Notes: generated by a model not told the origin, from the sequence alone. Positions 21,243-32,220 are shown, counted from the stretch's first letter. The stretch is 64,000 nt of DNA from an uncultured Lentisphaerales bacterium (GCA_943788985.1 CALSSJ010000043.1:1-64000); one strand, 5' to 3'. Program-made: numbers and translations.

Positions 21243-21569
21243 TTAATCGCGGGAGCCACCGTTGCGGACACGCAGCGAGCGCTGGTTCCAGAAGTGGAGG
21301 TTATCAGCCTGAATTTGGTACTCGCGCTTACGGGCCTTGCTCAGCTTCGCCTCGTAAATTTGGCCAGCGGTGGCACCAGCTGCTGCGCCAATCACCGCTC
21401 CAGTAGCCGGATGATCGACTTGATTCCCAATCACAGCGCCAGCGACACCACCCACAGCTGCCCCGCCGATCGCGCCCCCTTCGTACTCGCCACCATCGCG
21501 CGACATACAGCCGGTCGCAAGTGTTGCGATACCTACGGCAACCATAATATATTGGATTGTTTTCGTCAT
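21243..21569 (-). CDS. Glycine-zipper lipoprotein
   Basis: Lipobox LATGC; GGAIGGAAVGGVAGAVIG...GAVIGAAAGATAG. Confidence 0.85.
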   Translation of the reverse strand: MTKTIQYIMVAVGIATLATGCMSRDGGEYEGGAIGGAAVGGVAGAVIGNQVDHPATGAVIGAAAGATAGQIYEAKLSKARKREYQIQADNLHFWNQRSLRVRNGGSRD

Positions 21570-21754
21570 TGAGTTCTCCATATGCCACAGACGGCGTCAA
21601 CTTAAGTAGAGTGACACTGTATCAATTTGCGGTTCGTGGTCAAACCGCCTGTGGCCGCAGCCACCAGCTTCTGAGCATGGTCAGGCGGGGGCTTTCAGGA
21701 AAATGCCCCCGTTCCGGCCAGGCTTACACCGGGCATTCCTCTCAGTCATGCCTG

Positions 21755-22510
21755 TCAGCTGCCGCGCAGCCACGGCTCGACGATGACGCTGATCCCGATA
21801 ATCACGAGTAGAATCGTGACGATCCGGCTCAGTTGCTCCCGGTCTAGCCGGTCGCCAAGCTTGCTCCCCAAGTGCGCACCGGCGATGATGGCCGGGGCAA
21901 AAAGAATGCTGATCAGCATCGGCTTGATGATCACAGTTCCCTGCATGATGAGCATGGCTGCGACCCAAGGCGGCGTGAACAGTAAAAAGGCGCTGTAGAG
22001 CAAGCCACGTGTTCTCCGTGCTGGCCACTCGTGGGCTGTGGCCCACAGTACCAACGGGGGCCCGCCCATACCGAACGCGCCAGCGAGAAACCCGCTTGTG
22101 CTACCGGCTAGCGCTGCCCAGAAATCAGGGATCGACTCTCTGGGCTTTACACAGGCGAAATGCTGGCCTGCCAAAATCAAAAGAAGAAGGACACCGATGA
22201 CTTGCTTGCAGAGGCTCTCTGCGCCGGAAAGAACCAGCAGGAGGTATCCGCCAAGGGGCAGGCCGACCAAGCGCCAACCGGTGATGCGGATCGAATCTCG
22301 CCACGGTACATCCTCGCGAATCTGGTAGCAGTTCCAGCTGCACTGTGCTAGCGAAGAAAAGGGAAACAGTGCCACAACGATGGGCAGTGGAATTCCGGCC
22401 GCCAGAAGAAGCGGAACAGCGAACAAGGCGACGCCAAAGCCGACCGCTCCCTGCAAGACCATGCCCACGCTCAGTATTCCGCAGGCTAAGAGTGCCTGAG
22501 TCGTAGTCAT
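21755..22510 (-). CDS. Sulfite exporter TauE/SafE family protein
   Basis: QGAVGFG, GAFGMGGPPLV, multiple TM helices; start taken at MTTTQ. Confidence 0.87.
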   Translation of the reverse strand: MTTTQALLACGILSVGMVLQGAVGFGVALFAVPLLLAAGIPLPIVVALFPFSSLAQCSWNCYQIREDVPWRDSIRITGWRLVGLPLGGYLLLVLSGAESLCKQVIGVLLLLILAGQHFACVKPRESIPDFWAALAGSTSGFLAGAFGMGGPPLVLWATAHEWPARRTRGLLYSAFLLFTPPWVAAMLIMQGTVIIKPMLISILFAPAIIAGAHLGSKLGDRLDREQLSRIVTILLVIIGISVIVEPWLRGS

Positions 22511-22688
22511 CCAGTGTCCTGCGAGGTCAATTGTGGCAGGTGAGTTTTGGATGATTTCGAATGCTGAAGTGAGCCCGAATCGGTGGCGGCGAGGCCGGAG
22601 TATCGTTGAGGCGATACGACTTGTTTCGGCGCCGGAATGGCCGCAAGGGACCCGCCCAAGTTGGCCTGACAAATCACTTAGGCCCCCA

Positions 22689-23396
22689 CTATCCGCGGGC
22701 CACAGACAAAACCGAGACCTGCAAGGCACCGGCTTTGCGCAAAGCCCGCGTACAGGCCGCTAGTGTGGACCCGGTCGTAAGCACGTCATCTACGAGAATG
22801 ACATGCTCCGGGACTGTCACCCCGTTGCCGGCCGCGAACGCACGTCGAAGATTGCGGCGACGTCGCGCAAGGTTCAGCCCAGCCTGGCTACGGGTCCAGC
22901 GTGTCCTGCGCAGCAGCTTTGGCGCGGGTAGATCCAGGTGGCAGCCGACGTGCTCAGCCAGCAGTTGAGATTGGTTGAAACCTCGGCGCAGCTCCTTGAA
23001 CCAATGCAGAGGAACGGCAGTCACCGCCTCGGCCTTGGCATGGCCATACGCCTGCCAGTTCTCAGCCATTACTGCTCCGAGCAGGCTGGCCAATGCGGTA
23101 TCTCCGCTATACTTGAACCGTAGCACGGCCTCCCGAGCGGCGCCGTGGAATCCGTAGCAACTGACCGCAAGCTCCCAGGGTCGCTTCATGGGCAAACATT
23201 CGCGACATAGCTCGACGACGGTATCTAGCCTGCCCCCGCAACCCGCGCAGCGTTCCGTTGGCAAAGGCTCCATTCGCTCCTCACAGCAGCTGCAGAGGCC
23301 CGACGCTGCCGAAAGATCGGCATGGCAGAGCATGCAGATTTCCGGAAAAATCAGAGCGTCCGCCGCAGGGACAAAACCGTGATTGAGTACGCTCAT
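22689..23396 (-). CDS. comF: ComF-family amidophosphoribosyltransferase-like protein
   Basis: N-terminal CxxC pairs, FKY, VPLH, RRGFNQS, LVDDVLTTGST. Confidence 0.92.
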   Translation of the reverse strand: MSVLNHGFVPAADALIFPEICMLCHADLSAASGLCSCCEERMEPLPTERCAGCGGRLDTVVELCRECLPMKRPWELAVSCYGFHGAAREAVLRFKYSGDTALASLLGAVMAENWQAYGHAKAEAVTAVPLHWFKELRRGFNQSQLLAEHVGCHLDLPAPKLLRRTRWTRSQAGLNLARRRRNLRRAFAAGNGVTVPEHVILVDDVLTTGSTLAACTRALRKAGALQVSVLSVARG

Positions 23397-23408
23397 GCTA
23401 GTACCGAA

Positions 23409-23864
23409 TCAGGTCGCCGGAAGATAGTCCCAGTGGGAAAAGGTCGCAGCCTGGCCCCAATGAGCACCGGTCTGGTCAATCACATTCCACACGACCGCAC
23501 TGCGGATCTCAAACCGGCGGCCACTGGCCGAGATCCGAATGCCACGATAGTCATCAATGAAACCAAACTCAGTCACGCGGGCAAGTAGGCGGGCGCGCTC
23601 GTCACGATGGACGGGCTCCGCCGTCTGGCGAGATGGGGTCCCGACAAGTTGGTCCCAAGTCAACTCCCACAAGGCGAGCGCCGCACGATTCCCATAGTTC
23701 AACAACGGGTCCTGCTCGGTGCCGTGCGCCACCACAACGGCCGGAAACTCAAAAAGCGCGACCGGAGCTGCGGACTCCGCAACCAAGGCGCGCCCCGTAA
23801 CCAGCTGATAGCTCGCAATAATGCGCTCAGCTTGTAAGATGGCGGCCTCGGAGACGTGCTGCAT
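23409..23864 (-). CDS. Stand-alone MEKHLA (PAS-like) domain protein
   Basis: VVAHGTEQDPLLNYGNRAALALWE, PSRQTAE, GFIDDYRGIRISASGRRF, GQAATF. Confidence 0.9.
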   Translation of the reverse strand: MQHVSEAAILQAERIIASYQLVTGRALVAESAAPVALFEFPAVVVAHGTEQDPLLNYGNRAALALWELTWDQLVGTPSRQTAEPVHRDERARLLARVTEFGFIDDYRGIRISASGRRFEIRSAVVWNVIDQTGAHWGQAATFSHWDYLPAT

Positions 23865-23869
23865 CAGAA

Positions 23870-25858
23870 TCAGACGTCTAACTTGGCAGCTACTTCCTTG
23901 TAGTCGTACACTTCAACGCGATCGTTTACTTCGAAGTCATTGAAGTTGTCGAGTCGAATACCGCACTCGAAGCCCTGCCGAATCTCGCGCACGTCGTCCT
24001 TGAAATGACGCAGTGACGCGATGCTGCCGTTGTAGATCAGGTCTTCGCCACGATGGACACGGGCCTTGGACCCAACACGCATGATGCCAGAGCGAACGGC
24101 ACAACCGCAGATCTTGTCCTTGGAACGGCTGAGGTCGAAAATCTGAAGGATCTCGGCTTCACCCAACGCTTCCTCGCGGAGTTCTGGCTGGAGCATGCCC
24201 TCGAGCGACTCACGCAGCTGCTGAGTCAGCTCGTAAATGATGCTGTACAGGCGAATATCGACGCCAGCAAGACGTGCGACATTGCTCACACCTACATTTA
24301 CACGCACGTGAAAGCCGATGATGATCGCGTCGCTGGCTTTGGCCAACTGCACGTCGTTCTCGGTAATGCCACCGACACCGCGATCCAGAATGTTCAACCG
24401 GATCTTCTCACTGTCGAGCTTGCCAAGCGCCTGACAGACCGCTTCCATGGTCCCGTGCACATCAGCCTTGACGATGACGTTCAGGTTCTGCCGAGCTTCC
24501 TCTTCAATCTGGCGCAGCAGATCTTCCAAGTTTGCCTGACGGTTGTTGCGCAGGCTTTCTTCGCGCTGGTCTGCGGTCCGTTCCTGGCAGAGCTTCTTGG
24601 CTTGCTTCTCGTTCTTCACGGAAGCCAGGACCGAGCCACACTCCGGAACACCGTTCAGCCCAACCACTTGGACGGGAAAGCTGGGGCCAGCCTTCTTCAG
24701 GCGCTTGCCGCGATAGTCAATAAGCGCTTTCACACGGCCAAAAGTCTGGCCACAGAGAATGCCATCACCCACTTTGATGGTGCCATTCTTGACCAGCACG
24801 CTGGCAGTCACGCCGAGACCCGGCACGACCTCCGCTTCGATCACAATCGCACGGGCTGGCAGCGCTGAATTACAGCGCAACTCAAGCAACTCGGCTTCAA
24901 GCACGATGCGCTCCATCAATTCGTCCAAGCCTTCGCCAGTAACTGCGGAGACTTTAATGATCCCGGTCTCACCGCCGAGGTCCTCGGGCAGGATGGTATG
25001 CTGCATCAACTGCTGCATGATCTTGTCCGGATTTGCCGAGGGCAGATCGATCTTGTTAATCGCGACAATCATGGGGACGTTGGCCGCCCGCGCGTGATTG
25101 ATCGCTTCCACAGTTTGCGGCATGATTCCGTCATCTGCAGCCACAACCAGAATCACGATATCCGTGGTTTCTGCACCGCGTGCTCGCATGGCAGTAAACG
25201 CTTCATGGCCGGGAGTATCAATGAGGGTAACAGGATGGTCCTTCCCTTCACTGTCCTTCCAAAGAATGTTCGTAGCACCAATATGCTGGGTAATCCCGCC
25301 GGCTTCATGGGCCGTGACGTCAGTCTTACGCATGCTGTCCTGCAGCGAGGTCTTGCCATGGTCTACGTGCCCGAGAAACGCGACGACAGGTCCACGGACT
25401 TCGGTATCGGCATCCTCGAACTGCTCTTCCTCTGGCGTGATCTCCGCTTCCCGATCCTGAGCGGCAGGGCGTGCCCGCTTATCGATCAGGACGTGGCGAT
25501 CGTGCTTCTGACAGATCTGGGTAATGATCGAGCTATCGAGAGTTTGGTTAATATTTGCCACCGTGCCCATCTTGATAAGCTCGGTGATCAATTCATTGGC
25601 CTTAAGTCCCAATGCCTCGGCCAGACCACCGACGGTAATTGGTGGCTTGAGGTGAAGCGCCTCCTGCGTATCCCGACCTTGGGCCGCATCTGGATTCGCT
25701 TCAAGAATCTCCGCTTCCAGCATATCGGCTTCTTCCGCCGGTATGTCGGACTGCGCCGTTACATCATAGTCATGCTGCCGCAAATAGGCGATCAGCTCCT
25801 TGTTGGATAGACCCGTACGCCGGGCCAGCTCGTTTACTTTTATCGATTCTTGGCTCAT
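23870..25858 (-). CDS. infB: Translation initiation factor IF-2
   Basis: [52 protein letters not shown]. Confidence 0.98.
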   Translation of the reverse strand: MSQESIKVNELARRTGLSNKELIAYLRQHDYDVTAQSDIPAEEADMLEAEILEANPDAAQGRDTQEALHLKPPITVGGLAEALGLKANELITELIKMGTVANINQTLDSSIITQICQKHDRHVLIDKRARPAAQDREAEITPEEEQFEDADTEVRGPVVAFLGHVDHGKTSLQDSMRKTDVTAHEAGGITQHIGATNILWKDSEGKDHPVTLIDTPGHEAFTAMRARGAETTDIVILVVAADDGIMPQTVEAINHARAANVPMIVAINKIDLPSANPDKIMQQLMQHTILPEDLGGETGIIKVSAVTGEGLDELMERIVLEAELLELRCNSALPARAIVIEAEVVPGLGVTASVLVKNGTIKVGDGILCGQTFGRVKALIDYRGKRLKKAGPSFPVQVVGLNGVPECGSVLASVKNEKQAKKLCQERTADQREESLRNNRQANLEDLLRQIEEEARQNLNVIVKADVHGTMEAVCQALGKLDSEKIRLNILDRGVGGITENDVQLAKASDAIIIGFHVRVNVGVSNVARLAGVDIRLYSIIYELTQQLRESLEGMLQPELREEALGEAEILQIFDLSRSKDKICGCAVRSGIMRVGSKARVHRGEDLIYNGSIASLRHFKDDVREIRQGFECGIRLDNFNDFEVNDRVEVYDYKEVAAKLDV

Positions 25859-25872
25859 CAGTCAATCTCCGT

Positions 25873-27126
25873 TCAGTCATGGTCCGCTGCGGCGCGGGCC
25901 GCCTCTTTAATCTGCTGCGCGGCTGCTTCGTCGAGACACTCGGCGATATCAGCCTCATCGGCGCTTGTCACTCCATCCACGGTCAAAATCCCGTTGTGTA
26001 CAAGAATGTCGGCCTGCTCCAGCGGTATGGATAGGGATCTGGCGAGCGAATCGGCGTAATGCTGCAAACGCTCTTCAACCCGACGTTCCGTAATCTCTTC
26101 TGTCTTTTGGATCTGCACATTCCATTCTGTCAGCCGTGTAGTCAGGCGGATATTCTGGCCCTTGCGACCGATTGCCAGCGAGAGCTGGTCCTCGTTCACG
26201 GTCACTTTCAGGGTGCGCTCTTCTTCGTCCACTTGCACGTCACGCAGCTCGGCTGGCTTCATGGCGTTGGCGACAAAGACAGCGATGTCCGGATCCCAGC
26301 GGACAATGTCCACCTTTTCACCGTTGAGCTCCCGAACGATATTCTTGACGCGGGTCCCACGAACGCCCACACAGGCTCCAACAGGATCCACTTTGGGATC
26401 ATGGCTATGGACGGCGATCTTGGCGCGATAGCCCGGAACACGGGCGACAGACTTGATCTCTACGATATTGTCGCCAATCTCGGCAACTTCCCGCTCGAAC
26501 AGACGCTGCACCAGCATGGGAGACGAGCGGGACACGGACAGGATAGGACCTGGGCGCTCAGTATTCACCTCGGTGAGCACGCAGCAGACGTGATCGCCGA
26601 TCTGGTAGTCTTCGCGAGGCACACGGTCGTTATGACGCAGAATTCCTTCAGTACGATCGAGATTCACGACCACGTCACCACGTTCATAGCGGCTCACGGT
26701 GCCGAAGATAATGTCCCCGATCTTATCCTCATAGTCACCAACTACCTTGGATTTCTCGGCCTGTCGCAAGCGCTGCTTAATACCTTGCATGGCGTTCTGC
26801 GCAGCGATACGTCCGAAATTAGCAGGAGTAACCTCCCAGTCCACCTCGTCGCCAATACTGGCGTGCGGATAGGTCTCGGCAACTTTCTCAAGTTCAATCT
26901 CTGTCTCAGGCTGACGAACACGCTCTACAACCGTCAAGGTCGCCATGACACGGATTTCACCACTGATCAGATCCAAATTTACACGCAGCTCATTGACCGG
27001 CCCAATCACTCGACGCGCGCCCTGCACAACAGATTCTTCGACGACGCGCTTTAGCTCCTGGCGATCAATGCCACGATTCTTCTCGAGACTTTCAAGGGCT
27101 GCAAGAAGATTTTCATTCCCGCTCAT
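25873..27126 (-). CDS. nusA: Transcription factor NusA
   Basis: FGRIAAQ, LFEREVAEI, VDPVGACVGVRG, EKVDIVRW, LSLAIGRKGQN. Confidence 0.97.
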   Translation of the reverse strand: MSGNENLLAALESLEKNRGIDRQELKRVVEESVVQGARRVIGPVNELRVNLDLISGEIRVMATLTVVERVRQPETEIELEKVAETYPHASIGDEVDWEVTPANFGRIAAQNAMQGIKQRLRQAEKSKVVGDYEDKIGDIIFGTVSRYERGDVVVNLDRTEGILRHNDRVPREDYQIGDHVCCVLTEVNTERPGPILSVSRSSPMLVQRLFEREVAEIGDNIVEIKSVARVPGYRAKIAVHSHDPKVDPVGACVGVRGTRVKNIVRELNGEKVDIVRWDPDIAVFVANAMKPAELRDVQVDEEERTLKVTVNEDQLSLAIGRKGQNIRLTTRLTEWNVQIQKTEEITERRVEERLQHYADSLARSLSIPLEQADILVHNGILTVDGVTSADEADIAECLDEAAAQQIKEAARAAADHD

Positions 27127-27186
27127 TGCACTTCTACTCCTGCTTCTACTACGCCCAACGGCTGATATCTTCCTTCTCCAATCTCC

Positions 27187-27212
27187 AAAAAAAAACGCGG
27201 GGACAAGCCCGC
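27187..27212 (-). terminator. Terminator-like hairpin in the nusA leader (rimP-leader-like attenuator)
   Basis: Minus strand GCGGG-CTTGTC-CCCGC-G-TTTTTTTTT, ~60 nt upstream of the nusA start. Confidence 0.7.
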
Positions 27213-27362
27213 ATTCCCGAAAACGAAGAAGAACTGCTAAAAACCGCTGAATATAGCAGAGGGCTGCTGCTTTACAACGTTGTGCGCGCGTTTTCCCAGC
27301 AGAACAGAGTACTGCAGCGGCGACTGCCAGATGGCGGCCGAAGCCTGCAGAATCAAACGCAG

Positions 27363-29198
27363 TCAGTCGCTAGCAGCCGGGACATCGATGACAAGGTCCG
27401 TATGAACTCGTACCGGCCGGCCTCGCTCCTTCAATTCAGCCCTGAGAGCGGCAACTTCCTCTCCGGTAAGCATACGCGGGGCTTCGATCCAGAGCTCAAT
27501 CCCGGCGTCGCTGCCATGGCTGCGCAGAAAGCGCCCACCAACGGCCGTGAGCCGTTCCTGCAGGAGAGCCCGCTGCTCCCGGCTAAGCTGGTACCGGTTA
27601 GCTCTAAACTCCCCGAAGACCACGGACGAGAGCGGCACCATCAGGACCCCGCCCACCAGACACAATCCAAGCATGAGACGCCTCACCCATAGGCGGCGCG
27701 TGCCGGATTTTCGATTGCCCCGCACACCTCTTGCGTAAAAAACAGCCGAGGCAGCGAGGACGATGGCAACCACGTTGGTGGTAAACAGCAGCGCCGCGCC
27801 GCGGGCGTTCGCGATTTCGCCATAGGCCAGAGAGATCCCACTTGTCGCCAGCGGTGGCACCAGTGCAGCGGCAATCGCGACACCTGGCAACGCAGCCGAG
27901 AGATTGGGTCTGGACAGAGCAAAGGCCGCCGCTAGGCCAGAAATCCCAGCGACCATCAGGTCATAGATATTGGGACTGCCACGTCCGAGCATCTCCCCGG
28001 TGAGACGAGCCGTGGGTGTCAGCAGCGCGCAGATGACACCAATTCCGAGCGCCAGCATAAAGCCGTAGGCGACGGAGCGTGCCGCAGTGCGGACTAGCTG
28101 CCCGTTGCCCTGCACCAGTCCAAAACCGGCTGCCAGCAGCGGAGTCATAAGCGGAGCCACGAGCATGGCACCGATAACCACGGCTGTCGAATCCAGAATC
28201 AGTCCGAACGCCGCAATCGCCGTCGACAGACACATCAGCGTCATGAAATCAAAGCTCCAGCGGGCACCGTCTTCCAGCTTCTCGACCAACTCAATCCGCT
28301 CGTCTCGCTCCAGTTGCGGAATCCGCAAATCCAGCCAGTCCTCCACGGCATCGCGAATTCGCGTGCCGAGGGGTTTGCCCCGGCGCATCGCCCCAACCGC
28401 CATGGCATGTGGCCCAGCCATCAGCCGGTGCGGCAACGTGCTGAACAGCATGCGCCGGACGTAGCCACGATCAGAGGCCCCCACCAACAGCAGGTCACAG
28501 CCAGCATGAGCCGCGGCATTGATGCCTTGCTGAATGTCGTCAGCCACCACCACTTGGGGCTGCACCCAGGCGGACTTGGCCAGTCCGATCTGCGCAAGAA
28601 TGCCGGTGAGCCGATGCTCCCCGACCGCCTCAGCCAGGGGTCCGAATTCGTTTTCCACAAACAGCGGTGTCAGCTCACCATCGTACCGCAGTGCCACGTC
28701 ATGCCCCCAGCGCAAGGCAGTGGCCGCATGCACACCGCCAGCGGTGGGAATGAGGACCCGCTTGCAGCCGTGGTCTCCCCCCGCACCGGGGCGGAGCAGG
28801 AGCGTATCACAGGGCGCATGCAGAAATAAGTCGTTTGCGAGAATGCGTGGGCTCTTGCCTTCCGTCTTACCGACGATCAACAACTGCGCCTTCTGCTCGC
28901 GCACCAAGTCGATGACTTCCTTTGCTTGCGGCCGCGCGGTAAGAATTGCTGTAGTCGCCACGAGTTCAGGGAGAATGGCCGCCTCGGTGTCGTCTCGCGG
29001 GCAAGGCTTCGGGTGCTCGGCGGCAAGTTTCTCAAGCGTTTTGCGGACTGCGCAAGCCAGCGGACTGTCCTTATCGTCTACGGCACGCTTCGGGTATGCA
29101 ATGCACAGGGCGATGCTTCTCGCAAAGGCAAAGTGGTAGCCCCACCGCACCAAGGCAGTCGCTTCCTCTAAATCCAAAACCACAACACAGACTGACAT
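27363..29198 (-). CDS. Universal-stress-protein domains fused to DUF389 membrane domain
   Basis: USP-like APCDTLLL/RVLIPTAGG; DUF389 AVVIGAMLVAPLMTP, LPGVAIAAALVPPL, LLFTTN. Confidence 0.88.
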   Translation of the reverse strand: MSVCVVVLDLEEATALVRWGYHFAFARSIALCIAYPKRAVDDKDSPLACAVRKTLEKLAAEHPKPCPRDDTEAAILPELVATTAILTARPQAKEVIDLVREQKAQLLIVGKTEGKSPRILANDLFLHAPCDTLLLRPGAGGDHGCKRVLIPTAGGVHAATALRWGHDVALRYDGELTPLFVENEFGPLAEAVGEHRLTGILAQIGLAKSAWVQPQVVVADDIQQGINAAAHAGCDLLLVGASDRGYVRRMLFSTLPHRLMAGPHAMAVGAMRRGKPLGTRIRDAVEDWLDLRIPQLERDERIELVEKLEDGARWSFDFMTLMCLSTAIAAFGLILDSTAVVIGAMLVAPLMTPLLAAGFGLVQGNGQLVRTAARSVAYGFMLALGIGVICALLTPTARLTGEMLGRGSPNIYDLMVAGISGLAAAFALSRPNLSAALPGVAIAAALVPPLATSGISLAYGEIANARGAALLFTTNVVAIVLAASAVFYARGVRGNRKSGTRRLWVRRLMLGLCLVGGVLMVPLSSVVFGEFRANRYQLSREQRALLQERLTAVGGRFLRSHGSDAGIELWIEAPRMLTGEEVAALRAELKERGRPVRVHTDLVIDVPAASD

Positions 29199-29353
29199 AA
29201 ACCTCCCTGAGCGCGCGCAGATGCGGCATCCCCATCTGGCGTCCTAGGAATATGTCACTGATCCCGTCCAAGCGAAACTGCGATTAATGTAATGGAACCG
29301 GTGGTCCCCGTGTAGTTCTAACCACAAACATCCTAATTGGGAGGGGCAGAGTC

Positions 29354-29746
29354 ATGCGGAACGGATTTATCGTAGCGCTACTACTCGCGACAATCGCCGG
29401 TGTGGCCAACGAAGCAAAGGAGCAAGCAGTGAGCAAGCGGGCGATCACGGTACAGCTGAAGGCCCCCAGTCCATTATGGTCCGTAGCGATCAGCCACGTC
29501 TATGAAACGGACGCGGCATTGGTCGTCCTCGCCAACCTGACGAAGAAAGACGGGATGGGCGCGATGATGATTACGACGATTAAAGATGCGGTTAAACTCG
29601 AAGTGTCCGAACGGCCGGTCAAACGTTATCTGACCGGCAAGACCTGGAACTGGGGGAATGAAGCGGATGGCCTGACCTACATAAAGTCGGCAGACGAACT
29701 CAAGCCGCTGATCGCTGGCGCAACCCAGCATTTCCCAACAGACTGA
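29354..29746 (+). CDS. Hypothetical secreted protein
   Basis: Signal peptide, GGAGG upstream, coding-like composition. Confidence 0.7.
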   Translation: MRNGFIVALLLATIAGVANEAKEQAVSKRAITVQLKAPSPLWSVAISHVYETDAALVVLANLTKKDGMGAMMITTIKDAVKLEVSERPVKRYLTGKTWNWGNEADGLTYIKSADELKPLIAGATQHFPTD

Positions 29747-29753
29747 CGGGCTG

Positions 29754-30026
29754 TTAGTAGCGAATCCTGAAGTCCGTTTCGTCTTCACGCGCGGATGCCT
29801 AGCTACTCTGGATCTTCTGAACCCGGCCGATTGGTGGTTCGTGCATCGCGCTTAGCGCAGTCTCGATCCCCTCGGGCTTGCCTTGAATTTCAGCCTCAAC
29901 GGTCCCATCGCGCAAGTTTCGCACCAAGCCAGTGATCGGCAGTGAGCGAGCAACCTCAGAGGTGTGATAGCGAAAACAGACGCCTTGCACACGGCCAATG
30001 AAGACGACGCGAATGCGCGTTTTCAC
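29754..30026 (-). pseudogene. acyP: Acylphosphatase with an in-frame TAG at 29799-29801
   Basis: GRVQGVCFR, GLVRNLRDGTVE; frame continues past TAG as ASAREDETDFRIRY* giving 90 codons. Confidence 0.85.
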
Positions 30027-32206
30027 GCCAGTCCGGTTCGGCGTCTCAGGATCCAGTCTGGCAGCACCGCGATTACCACCACCAGCAGCCACCACCAGGC
30101 GTCGGCGAACGGGTGGGTGATGGTCCGCATCTCCACCTTCTCATTGACTGGCAGCGAATCGATCGCGTCGGCATCACGATAGTGTTGGTAGATTCCGCCG
30201 GTGACGCGGGCAAGCCCTTGCAACTGTTGCTCTGCCAGCGGCATCGGTTGCGACTCCAGCCCGACCTCGACTGCCAGGTAGTCAGTAGACTCCTCAAGCG
30301 CCTGGCCATCATCGCCTTTATAGACCACCTGCAGGCGACACTCGCCGGTACGCTCGGGCACGAAGCGCCCTTCGTAACGACCATCCACACGGGCGCTGGC
30401 GAACAAGCGCAGCGGCTCGACTTCGCCGTTTTGACGGCGGAGTTCGCAGCGAATATCCGCCCGCGCATCGGGCTCGAACGAGGGCGTTAGCACGTCTACA
30501 ATGACGTCTACAGGCTGCCCCACTAATAGTTTTCCTGGAGCGGGACGTACCGTCAGGCGATCCTGCGAGGCAGACGATGCCCAGGCGATCAGTTTGCCCC
30601 ACAGCATGGCGTAGTATTGCCGCCCGCGGTCCTCATTCATCACCCACTGCCAGGTGTCCGTCAGGTTCATCAGCGCGACCTTTCCAGCGCCGTAGTTGTG
30701 CACAGCCAGCGCGGCCCACGGAGGCACGTCCACATCTGCCAACACGGAGGCACCGGGCTTCAAGTCGCCAGACTCGAGCCGCGCCATGCGGGCAAAATCG
30801 GGCAGCGCCAGCCCGCTGGTGATCTGCCGCAGTTCGCGCGCCTTCAGGTCGGCAAAGGCATGAGATTGGTGTACGCTGATGGGCGTAGCGGCCACTTGGG
30901 TGACGGCAGCAGGAGCCTTCACTGCGGGCAATAGACGCTGAATTCTCTCGGGGCATTCTGCGGTGTGCCCGGTAAAAAGCACGCCACCACCGCGGCGTTC
31001 GACGAAAATTGCGAGACGCTCAATCTCCTCTTCCGACAGCAGATACAAGCTGCCCAAATCGACAATCAGACATTCGTAAGCTGCCAGCTCGTCCATGCTC
31101 GGAAATCCGGACGCCGACCGGCCCTCGCGCTCCACACCGTCGACATGGAAGGTCTTGGTCCCGGTTCGGATCACACAGGAGAGAATGATCTTCTCCCGTT
31201 CCTTGGCAAGGCCGCGCAGGAACTTGTAGTCCCAGCCGACGTTTGCTGCGTAGTAGAAGGTATTGAACTCATCTGGACTGCGAATCTCGATGCCAGCGAA
31301 ATCGACGTTGTTCAAGGCATTCTCGTTTGCCTGCAGGCGGGGCACGCGCACCTGGTAGGTAGTGAAGCCAGCGACAAACGGGGTAGCCTCGAAGGTCACA
31401 TCTGCCGCCTTCTCGCCGGGCCCAAAGCGAACGGTCTTGGACGCGAGTTCGCGGAGGCCATCGGTGAGAGAGACCTCCGTGCTCATCGCGCCAGAGGTGG
31501 TGCGGCGCACGGTCGCTGTCAGCGAGACTGGCTTGCCCTTAATCCCGGTGTCGGGCGTATGGCTCCAAGCGACGCCGATATCATCCTCCAAGTCTCGCTC
31601 ACCAATCCCGATGACATGCACAGGAATGCCTGCCTGGCGATACAACGAGCCGGCGGCAGAAAGCGGCCGCTCCACGTTATCCTGGCCATCGCTTAGCAAC
31701 AGCACTGCCCCGATCTGCGCATTGCTTGCCGACTGCGCAAGCGCGTAGGCTAGCGCCGCATCGATATCTGTGTCTCCCGGAAGGACGGCAAGGTCCGCCT
31801 GTGGCGAAAACCGGCGGCGCTCTGCCCCAGAGAAGGCATAGAACGTGGGCTTGGCTTCGCCGAACACGCGCTGGTAGAAGGAAGAGTCGGGCGAGAGAAA
31901 ATCTTCCTTCATCACCTCGATGCGCTGCCTTTCGCGGCAGTCTCCGATAGCCATACTCCCGGTCACGTCGGCCAGCACGACATGCTGAAAACGCCGCTGA
32001 TCTGGCTCCTGCTCCACCCAGTACGGGTTCAGCAACAGCACGGTCAGCAGGACCACCCCCAGCGCCTTGGTCGCCATCAGCGCGTACCAGGTGCGTCTCA
32101 TGATGATCGCCAGCAGTCGGCGATACAACAACACCCAGAGCAGGCAATAGGCGATCGCCAGAGCGATGATGGCCTGAATGGGAAGGAATGGATCGAATTG
32201 CAGCAT
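30023..32206 (-). CDS. vWA-domain membrane protein with glutamine-amidotransferase-like domain
   Basis: N-terminal TM; MIDAS-like DVTGSM...TD...LLSDG; YGAGKV..TWQW; C-terminal WILRRRTGLA. Confidence 0.8.
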   Translation of the reverse strand: MLQFDPFLPIQAIIALAIAYCLLWVLLYRRLLAIIMRRTWYALMATKALGVVLLTVLLLNPYWVEQEPDQRRFQHVVLADVTGSMAIGDCRERQRIEVMKEDFLSPDSSFYQRVFGEAKPTFYAFSGAERRRFSPQADLAVLPGDTDIDAALAYALAQSASNAQIGAVLLLSDGQDNVERPLSAAGSLYRQAGIPVHVIGIGERDLEDDIGVAWSHTPDTGIKGKPVSLTATVRRTTSGAMSTEVSLTDGLRELASKTVRFGPGEKAADVTFEATPFVAGFTTYQVRVPRLQANENALNNVDFAGIEIRSPDEFNTFYYAANVGWDYKFLRGLAKEREKIILSCVIRTGTKTFHVDGVEREGRSASGFPSMDELAAYECLIVDLGSLYLLSEEEIERLAIFVERRGGGVLFTGHTAECPERIQRLLPAVKAPAAVTQVAATPISVHQSHAFADLKARELRQITSGLALPDFARMARLESGDLKPGASVLADVDVPPWAALAVHNYGAGKVALMNLTDTWQWVMNEDRGRQYYAMLWGKLIAWASSASQDRLTVRPAPGKLLVGQPVDVIVDVLTPSFEPDARADIRCELRRQNGEVEPLRLFASARVDGRYEGRFVPERTGECRLQVVYKGDDGQALEESTDYLAVEVGLESQPMPLAEQQLQGLARVTGGIYQHYRDADAIDSLPVNEKVEMRTITHPFADAWWWLLVVVIAVLPDWILRRRTGLA

Positions 32207-32220
32207 GAAGAATGAAGTGC

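Noticed and set aside
24053..27054. Long antisense ORFs opposite infB and nusA (also 18399-19421 and 52943-54157)
   Set aside because: They are shadow ORFs caused by GC-rich codon bias and have no recognisable motifs.
27126..27692. 188-aa ORF as a possible rimP
   Set aside because: It is on the wrong strand, has no RimP motifs and overlaps the DUF389 gene.
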